Part shown: piece after piece, positions 24,665 through 32,000 of the stretch
Layout: every line of letters starts with the position of its first letter
Numbering within the stretch: position 1 is the stretch's first letter
DNA from: Zygophlyctis sp. KS116
Taxonomy: Eukaryota > Fungi > Chytridiomycota
Length of the DNA stretch: 32,000 nucleotides
Direction of reading: 5' to 3'
Assembly: GCA_054661495.1 (NCBI GenBank)
Contig: BAAFSQ010000041.1
Span: 24,131-56,130, forward strand
Program-made: the position numbers and the translations under genes
The notes under the pieces: model-generated
Told to the model about the DNA's origin: nothing
The model's input: only the letters and a program-made list of their open reading frames with translations
The model's database searches: none

Positions 24665-26217
24665 CTATTTTTTGCCCATCATACTGAAAGAATTCTTTGA
24701 TTTTGAATGAGCTTGTCTCTCAATTTCCTTGACATATTTATCTGGAACTCCCAATCCACGAAGCTCTTGAATTTTCCTTTCCTTAATACTATCAATCTTT
24801 TTCTTTTGTTCCAGTCGTTTTTGGGCCAAATGAACTCCTTCTGCAAAGAAATCCTCACGTTCACGGCGACGAACAACCTCTTTTTCACGGATTTGGGCCT
24901 AGAATTAATTGAGACTTTTAATACCTTGACTTCCAGTGCATATTTCTTATTCCTTTCAGCAGCTTCGATTTCTTCCTTTTTTAATTTTTCTTCTAGAGCT
25001 TTTTGACGAGCCAAATTCTCATAAAACTCTTGACGCATTTTATGTGCTTCAACAGCGATCGCATATTCTCTAGCTTCCTGTTGCTTAATTCTTTCTTCAC
25101 GAAGTTCTTTTTCTTGTGAAGCATGTTTTTCAGCAGCGTCCTTCTCTTTTCTTCTCCATTCTCTTTCATACGCCTCGTAAGCTCTTTGAACTCGAAGAGC
25201 ATTTTGTTGAGCATTCTTATCAGTCATCTAAAACAATAAGTTTATTTTAAAATACCTTTTTTTGAGCAATTCTTAGACGAGCAAGCTCCTTTTCACGATC
25301 TTCCTTTTTCTGTTTTGCCAACTGATCAAGTTCTTCTTCTCTCTTTTCCTTGTCTAAAATATATTGTAAAACTTTTCGATCTTCCTCTTCTTCTGTCAAT
25401 TTTTGTAATTTTTTTCTTTCAATCAGTTCTTGATTTGCTACGACTACCGCTTCCATTAAAGACTTTTGAGCGCTTATTTTATTCATTTTCTCCCTAACTT
25501 CTGCTTCTGCAGTGTCTTGCAATGCCTTTAACATAATTTTGGTTTCCTGATCTTTTTTATCCTGCTCTAATAACAATAGTTCCTGTCTTTCCGTAATCTG
25601 TTGTCTAATTTTAGCGGCACCATTTTTCAATTCTTGCATTCTCACCTTTTCCTTTTCTTCAATTTTCTTTAATTCATTCACTCTTTCTAGCTCTGCCATT
25701 GCATCCAACCTTGCATCTTCATCCTTTTTCTCTTTTTGAATAAATTTCTTTTCTGCAACCTGTAGATCTCTTATAGAAACGCATTTCGCGTACAACATGA
25801 GTTCATTTAAATGTTTAATTTCATCTTCTTGCTCTTCCAATTGTAATTGAGCTTTTGCTAATAAATAATTTGATTTATCCTTTGCTTCTTGTTCTAATTC
25901 AGAGAGTTTAGCATTAGCAGTTCTCTCATGATCATAAAGTTCCATTTTTTCCTTTCGTACTTTAGCAGCTTCTGATAACTTTGATCTTTCAACTGCATTA
26001 TCTTCAGACTGTTTTCTTAATTCAGAAGAGTTCATATAAACCGATGCATTCTATTTTTCTTAATATTTTAGATTACCTTGATCTTTAAAAGATCATCAGA
26101 ATTTATAATTGCACTTGTAGTTTTTTTAAATTTAGACTGCGAATGTGGCACTAAAGTTCTAATATTATCTCTAGTAATAACAGTTATAGGTTTATCTCTT
26201 TTAAGAGTCTTTGACAT
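24665..26217 (-). CDS. CFAP45: Cilia- and flagella-associated protein 45 (trichohyalin-plectin homology coiled coil)
   Basis: ITVITRDNIRTLVP, EEQEDEIKHLNELMLYAKCVSIRDLQVAEK, EKELARLR, AYEAYEREWRRKEK, LRGLGVPDKY. Introns at 26051-26076, 25228-25255 and 24899-24924; ATG at 26217, TAG at 24665. Confidence 0.9.
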
Positions 26218-26442
26218 TTTAGATGACGTAGATCGGAAGATTTTATCTTGTACTTATGAATTTGTGAATACTCTACTGATAACACAAGAGACTGAAAGAG
26301 AAATTATAAGCTTTAAGTCTAATAAAATCCTTATAGTGTTATAAAATCCTTACACCTAGTGGAACCATGCACTATGCACTAGGAGGGTTTAAAGTTGAAA
26401 AAATAAAAGGGCAAGGTTGTATTATCCGATAAGTCAAGTTCA

Positions 26443-26871
26443 ATGGTTGTAAAGATCAGATTATCTCGTTGGGGCTCATCACATAATCCATTTTATAAAA
26501 TAGTTGCTATCCATGCCAAAAAAGCAAGAGATGGCACATATTTTGAAGATCTTGGGACTTATAATCCGATTGCTGATTTAAAAGGAGTTAAACACATTTC
26601 TCTTAATATTGAAAGAATTAAATATTGGATCGGAGTTGGCGCTCAACCAAGTGATCGTGTGCATTGGTTACTTTCTAAAATTAATTTACTACCTCAACAT
26701 CCAAAATACTTGCAAGGAACTGGAAACTTATCTTTAACTGATCCAAAAACTTGGTCTTTAAAAGTGTCCGATAATGGGAAAATGATCAAAATGATTTCAC
26801 CACAAGACGCTATAGAACAATTTGCAGATATAGAAATTAAAAAACCTATAAAATATATTTCAAAAAGGTAA
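26443..26871 (+). CDS. MRPS16: Mitochondrial ribosomal protein bS16m
   Basis: MVVKIRLSRWG..PFYKIV..RDG..EDLGTYNP..NIERIKYWIGVGAQPSDRV is the S16 family signature. Confidence 0.93.
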   Translation: MVVKIRLSRWGSSHNPFYKIVAIHAKKARDGTYFEDLGTYNPIADLKGVKHISLNIERIKYWIGVGAQPSDRVHWLLSKINLLPQHPKYLQGTGNLSLTDPKTWSLKVSDNGKMIKMISPQDAIEQFADIEIKKPIKYISKR

Positions 26872-27317
26872 ATCAGGTTTAGACTCTTGTTTTTCCTTCT
26901 TTTTTCCCTAGAAACAATTATAGAATTAGAAATTACCGCTTTCCATTCTGCAATCCTTTGATCCATTTTCTCCATATTTTGAGCTATTTTTTGTTGTCTT
27001 TTGAATTTTTCCAATTCATGGCCTTTACCGACTGGAAGGAAAACAGTCTCTGGAAGAGATTTATAGAGATCTAATGGTGATTCCTCTTTAGCAAGTCCGA
27101 TAGAAGATGGATCAATGTCTGCCATAAGACATGCTTCTCGGATTCTTTTTTGCATTCCAAATGAAATCTTTGGAGGGATATTGATTCCATTTCTTTTACA
27201 AGGAAGAAAATGTTGAGGCGGCGGAGGTGAAATAATGTAGCGGAGGACAGTGTCTGCAGGCATTCCTTTAGGGAATCTGATCCCATTGAAATTTGTAAGT
27301 TTCTGATAAGAATTCAT
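26860..27317 (-). CDS. MRPL25: Mitochondrial ribosomal protein mL59 (fungal MrpL25-like)
   Basis: FLP..PPKIS..QKRI, KGHELEK..RQQKIAQNMEKMDQRIAEWK. Intron 26908-26936 gives the C-terminus GKKKEKQESKPDLPF, with TGA at 26860-26862. Confidence 0.72.
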
Positions 27318-27440
27318 TCAAACCGTTAATAATAGGCCTAGGAATTTACTCTTTTTATGTTTAACAGCAAGGTCTTGCACTATAAACTTTTATAGGTCTT
27401 TAAGTCAGAAACGGATTAAAATCATTTATTTAATAGAGAT

Positions 27441-30125
27441 CTATTTCTTTCCATCGGGTAAAAGAGATTTATCAATTCTAAACTTTCGCAAAACTAATAG
27501 CGCCGCTGAGCTAGGATTTCTATTGTAAATTTGAATACCAGTCGGACCAAGTACTTTTTCTAAAAGTGAGCAGGTAAAAGATTTGGAAATGGGTTGGTTC
27601 ATAGAGTCTCGGTCTATATTAGAAGAAAGTGAAGATATAGTGGCTTGAATCTTTGAAAGTGACCAAACAGTCCCATTATTTTGCTCTTCAGAACTTTCAT
27701 CTTGATTCTCTTCAGACATCATTACAGACCAAAATGGTCCAAAATGACCAACAATAACTAATGAATAATTCTTCTTTTCAAGATTTGTTAGTATTAGATC
27801 ATAAGGTTTGTCTGATTTTGCTTTTTCATATGTAACAAGACATTGTCCAAACCCGTCTTTTTTAGAAATGGATTGAATGTATTCAATCATTTTAGAATCT
27901 TCCAAATCCATATCTCCTTGGCTTGAATTGGGTTTGTTTTGAGAATCAATGAGTGTAATGTGTAATATGTGAATATTTGCATTACGCAAGGATCCAATTC
28001 GAAGTGCAAAAAGTATAGATTCTCGATCATCAATTCCGCCAAAAAATGGAATAAGAATGTTGAGTGAGTTTAAGGATTGTTTTTGAACTCCAGGGTCAAC
28101 TAAAACAGCAACTTTAACACGGCATTTTCGAATAAGCTGATCAGTGATCATATTTAGATGTGAAACAATAGAGTCTTCAACAATTTTGGGTCTTGATGAT
28201 TCACCCAAACTGAGCCATGCAGATACAGATGTTGGTTCTGGTTCCTTACTAATTACCGTTGCCGGTTGGAGAGGGATGACTACAAGTTCAGATTGATTAG
28301 CATATGCAAGCTGAGCCAAATCCTTTGGGAATTCACTGATTCGTGACACAAGAAGGTGAGGTACAACAGAAATATGTTTAAGATCACCAAAGGCTTTAAA
28401 TATATTTAGAGCAGGATCACGCATAATTGTAGCTTGTTCATTTGAAGCCAGTAGAATGGTAGACATACGTTCATTGATTTGTAAAAACCTTGCAGCATGA
28501 ACCACTACTTTTGCACGATAAGTATCATCCCTTGAAACCATATCCGTAGGCCCCTGAACATACTGCATGAAATTCATTGTGGAAGGTACAAGACTACAGA
28601 TTTAATCAATTATAACTCTTACCTTAAGCTAGGAATTCCAATTACCATATTGAGGTCTTTTTCTAAAGCAGATGCAAAACCTTTCTCATCAAGAATTTTA
28701 GTTTCCTCTGATAATGGAGGAGACAAATCAATTTGTGGAAATAGAACATCAATCAAAGGAGAAGTCATCAAAGTCGTACAAATTGCAAATAGCACCATAA
28801 TTGCAAACATTTGAGTCGTGAGAATTCTGTTATCAAGTCCAATATTCAAAATAATTATTTCTACTAATCCTTTTGTATTCATTGCGCACCCAATAGCAAG
28901 CGATTCACGCCATCCTAATCCAGAAAGTTTAGCCGCAGATCCACAACCACCAATTTTGCCAATTGCAGCCACCACAAATACCAGGAAGAAACATCCCCAG
29001 GCTATCCCTGAATCCAAAGAGCCAATATCTGTTTTCAATCCAGAAGCAGTAAAATACTACACTTTAAGTTTGGTAAAATTACTAGAGGCAAAAGAATAAT
29101 CGACACAAAATCTTCAATCCGATGAGTCAAAGCAACTGCAAAACCTTGAAATTAAAATTGGAACTTTTACCATTTTCTCTTGGTAAGATAATCCCCGTTA
29201 AAAAACCTCCAAATCTAAAAAATTAGAAAATACAATGGAGTTACATTGTGTGAATACCAATAGCATTTGTTACAAATGAAGACACCAACGTTAACAAGAA
29301 TGCAGCCACAACCAATGGTTGAGAAATACTAGGAACACCATCAGCATATGAAACCTGATTTCCTTGATCAAAATGAATTTGTAATTTACGAATCAGCGGT
29401 GCCACAATAAAAAACATGATACCAGCAAATACCAATGTCGCTAGAAAAATATAAAGAGAGACTATAGGTTGCGAAGATCCTAACAATGCAATCACTAATG
29501 CTAAAAGAATCCAACAAGTTGCGTCATCAACTGCAGCAGCAGCTAAAATAATAATACCCATTCGAGAATGCGACAACTTTTTTTCAGTCAGAATCCTTGC
29601 TAATACTGGCAAAGCAGTTACAGACATTGCCACTCCAATAAAGAGTAGAAATTTGTAAAATTCAGGCTTTTCAATCCCTGAAAATTCCAAATTATTGTAC
29701 ATGAAATATGAAACAGCAACACTTGAAGCAAAAGGAAATGCAAATCCCCATATTGAAATCGTAAATGAAGTCTTTAGATTATTTAAAACTATTTTCATGT
29801 CCAATTCAAGTCCAATCAGCAACATGAATAAAATCAGACCGATATCTGCCAAGGCCTGTAATGGTTTCATTGATCCATCCGGAAAGAATGTAGATCTAAA
29901 CCAAGGCCATCGTCCAAGAGCCGTCGGACCAAGTAATATCCCACCGATAACTTCTGCAATAACAATCGGTTGATGAAGATAAGAAAATGGAAGAGAAATC
30001 ATTCTACAAGTAAACAGAATAATCATAATTTGCATTAGTAATAATGATAGCTTTCCAGGATCATTAAATGCATTCCCTGTACTTATAAAGCCTTGAGCGA
30101 AATTATAACTTGGAAGTAAATCCAT
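27441..30125 (-). CDS. KHA1: CPA2-family K+/H+ antiporter (fungal Kha1 / plant CHX type)
   Basis: QPIVIAEVIGGILLGPTALG, AMSVTALPVLARILTE, AAAVDD, LPLYFTASGLKTD, MNTKGLVEIIILNIG, PFFGGIDDR. Introns at 29215-29244, 29145-29170, 29057-29082 and 28594-28622. Probable ATG at 30125. Confidence 0.92.
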
Positions 30126-30164
30126 TAAACAAACGCCACTCAAAATGACGCTATAAGTACTAAA

Positions 30165-30986
30165 TTATATTTTCCCTCCATTCTTTTCTAATAAAAGACT
30201 CTTTATCCAATCACTTCTTTCTAATGAATTTTCACAAGATACTATAATTTCTAAACCAGTAGAATCAATAATCTTGAAACAATATTGATGAGTTTTTGAT
30301 GATGGATCAATTTCTAGAATTCCAACCGCTAATTTTAAATCTAGTACTGTTTGAGCCACATATTCTGTTGAATTTTTATAAATTGTTAATAAATTTTTAC
30401 GAAGAACAAACCATCTCTTTTTGAATGGTTTTCCTAAAGAATTTGATTGTTTCTTTAGATAACCACTTTTGACGACTGATTCTATTGAATTTTCCAATTG
30501 TTCTTGTACTGGACTAGATAATTCTAAATCAGAGTCTGAAGATTCTAGAGAAGAAATTTCCAAATTTAAACAATTTCTTAGAGATTCCATCCAATGATTA
30601 AAATGTGAATCATCGGGGGCCTGAAGGTAAAAAGTTTTAGTTTTAGTGACTAGAGCAAATACAAAATCACGCCTCCGCACAACTTTAGAAAGAGAGACAA
30701 CATCTTTAAATTCTATAATTCCTAATAATTCATATTCCTTTTCATCCTTGTAATATAATAGTCTGTTTGATTGTAAGATTATCCATCGTCTCTTCCACTT
30801 GAATTTTCCTTTTTTCATGAGAAATCCAGAGAAAATTGGAGTTTCAGGACCAATAAAGATTTCTTGAAGAAATTCAGAGCCGTCAGAGTCTTGTTCTTCC
30901 TGTGGAGAATCATGAGCACAAGTTTCCGTATCAATAGTATCAATATTAACAGGACTAACAGGATTATTAGTTTTTACGTTTTGCAT
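30165..30986 (-). CDS. Tandem PH-domain protein (Opy1-like architecture)
   Basis: Two PH domains: SGFLMKKG..WKRRWIIL..LLYYKDE..FYLQA..W and KSGYLKKQ..FKKRWFVLR..W. Single exon. Confidence 0.88.
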   Translation of the reverse strand: MQNVKTNNPVSPVNIDTIDTETCAHDSPQEEQDSDGSEFLQEIFIGPETPIFSGFLMKKGKFKWKRRWIILQSNRLLYYKDEKEYELLGIIEFKDVVSLSKVVRRRDFVFALVTKTKTFYLQAPDDSHFNHWMESLRNCLNLEISSLESSDSDLELSSPVQEQLENSIESVVKSGYLKKQSNSLGKPFKKRWFVLRKNLLTIYKNSTEYVAQTVLDLKLAVGILEIDPSSKTHQYCFKIIDSTGLEIIVSCENSLERSDWIKSLLLEKNGGKI

Positions 30987-31189
30987 TTTGAGGCAGTCGA
31001 CCCTTGGCTTTCGGTCTCTTGGCTCTCTTTGCCGGTGGCCAATGTATGTTTTTTCTTTATTTACTCATGTTTATTGTTGGAATCTAATATTATCAAACGA
31101 TCGTTCTAGAAGTGCCACTGATGCCACTCCACGGTTCAATCCACCCCCAATTAGCTGATCCACTATTCTCTTCCAAAAAAATAAAACAA

Positions 31190-31698
31190 ATGCTTAACAA
31201 TAAGATCTTGGCATTGACTCTTTCTGCCTTAATTTTAGGAGTAAAAAGACTCTCAGGCGACTTCCCTAGCTACCTGTGATTCAACTTCTCCTCAATGGTG
31301 TTGGGTTGTCCGATCATGGCAATTGATGGGGAAACTCATTCCAATAGGAATTAAATCTACTGATAACAGTTGCTGCACTTTACCAATGACTGGAGTAACT
31401 TGTGATTCTACGAAAACCAAGGTTACTAGGATAGGTTGGAATGAAAACTTGCTTTTTCTGTAAATGATCTTCAAATTTATATTAGTGACCTTTACGGCAA
31501 TGCTCTATCAGGTTCTATTTCTGAATCGATTGGAAATTTAACAAGTTTGTTTTGTAACATTTGTCTAAATTTAAAATTTCAGGGCTTTTAACGCTAATAA
31601 GCTCACCGGATCAATTCCTTCAACGATTGGAAATTTGATAAATTTACAAGATTTGTAATATTTTTAAAATTCACATTTAGCCGTCTCGATGGAAATCT
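31190..31698 (+). pseudogene. Pseudogenised paralogue of the LRR gene at 1-1167, in inverted orientation
   Basis: The start ATGCTTAACAATAAGATCTTGGCATTGACT and cap region closely match the reverse complement of 940-1167. A 4-nt A insertion near 31243 leads to TGA at 31277-31279; most of the first LRR is deleted; exon 31486-31553 is 68 nt instead of 72; introns at 31460-31485, 31554-31582 and 31655-31680; homology ends near 31698. Confidence 0.88.
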
Positions 31699-31744
31699 TT
31701 GGGCTGTCATAGCGTGAATTCAAATCATTTCATCATGAACCATT

Positions 31745-31825
31745 ACAAAAAACTATAAAATCTCTAAAAAACAAAAAAAACTATAAAACTCTATAAAAAC
31801 AACAAAAAAACTCAAAAGAAAACAG
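31745..31825 (+). repeat. A-rich low-complexity tract with two imperfect copies of AAAAAACTATAAAA(T)CTCT(A)..AAAAACAA
   Basis: Seen directly, shortly after the LRR pseudogene truncation point. Confidence 0.6.
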
Positions 31826-31954
31826 AAATGTTGAATCAAACATTGATATCGTCGACAAAAATAAAAATGGTTTATGAAACTAAGTACCTTGTTTGATCAT
31901 GGATCCTTGGCAGTTATGACACCGGTGAGACAAACCTTGACCAGAGCGGTGAAA

Positions 31955-32000
31955 ATGTCTGACTGGGAAGAAGATGATGCTCCAATTGCTCTTCCCACAA
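31955..32000 (+). CDS. 5' end of a gene running off the right edge (MSDWEEDDAPIALPT...), possibly eIF3j/Hcr1-like
   Basis: AAAATG context as in other genes here; an acidic DWEE start resembles eIF3j N-termini, but only 15 codons are visible. Confidence 0.35.
   Translation, partial: MSDWEEDDAPIALPT

Noticed and set aside
26694-26859. Apparent long overlap of the mL59 ORF with MRPS16
   Set aside because: An artefact of the unspliced intron 26908-26936; the spliced overlap is only 12 nt.
26443-26871. Bacterial origin or contamination suggested by the rpsP-like gene
   Set aside because: It is embedded among intron-containing eukaryotic genes and has a C-terminal extension consistent with nuclear-encoded mitochondrial bS16m.
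31700-31925. Possible MITE termini (TGTCATA ... TATGACA)
   Set aside because: Only about 7 bp of inverted match and no target-site duplication.

Overview
Eukaryotic, AT-rich, very compact genomic DNA, most consistent with a flagellated (zoosporic, chytrid-like) fungus. It combines ciliary genes (dynein-like, ARL13, CFAP45) with fungal-type Pat1, Kha1, mL59 and rhomboid genes; the taxonomy is inference. The ORF track is fragmented by about 40 tiny introns, nearly all GT-AG and 23-30 nt. Splicing 13 of them by hand joins all minus-strand ORFs from 19222 to 1336 into one uninterrupted frame of 17,541 nt (about 5,846 aa). The product is a degenerate dynein heavy chain (AAA1 and AAA4 catalytic motifs lost, microtubule-binding domain kept) with an F-box inserted in the stalk region and a TEP1-like DUF4062-NACHT-WD40 module fused at the C-terminus. 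It lies head-to-head with an atypical ARL13-like GTPase across a 66-bp gap. The rest of the window holds Pat1 (324-bp tandem duplication, one non-AG acceptor), a rhomboid protease, CFAP45, two overlapping mitoribosomal protein genes, a K+/H+ antiporter and a tandem-PH protein. The block is bracketed by two inverted, damaged paralogues of a secreted LRR gene built from 72-nt one-repeat exons. All domain calls come from motif recognition by eye; no searches were run.
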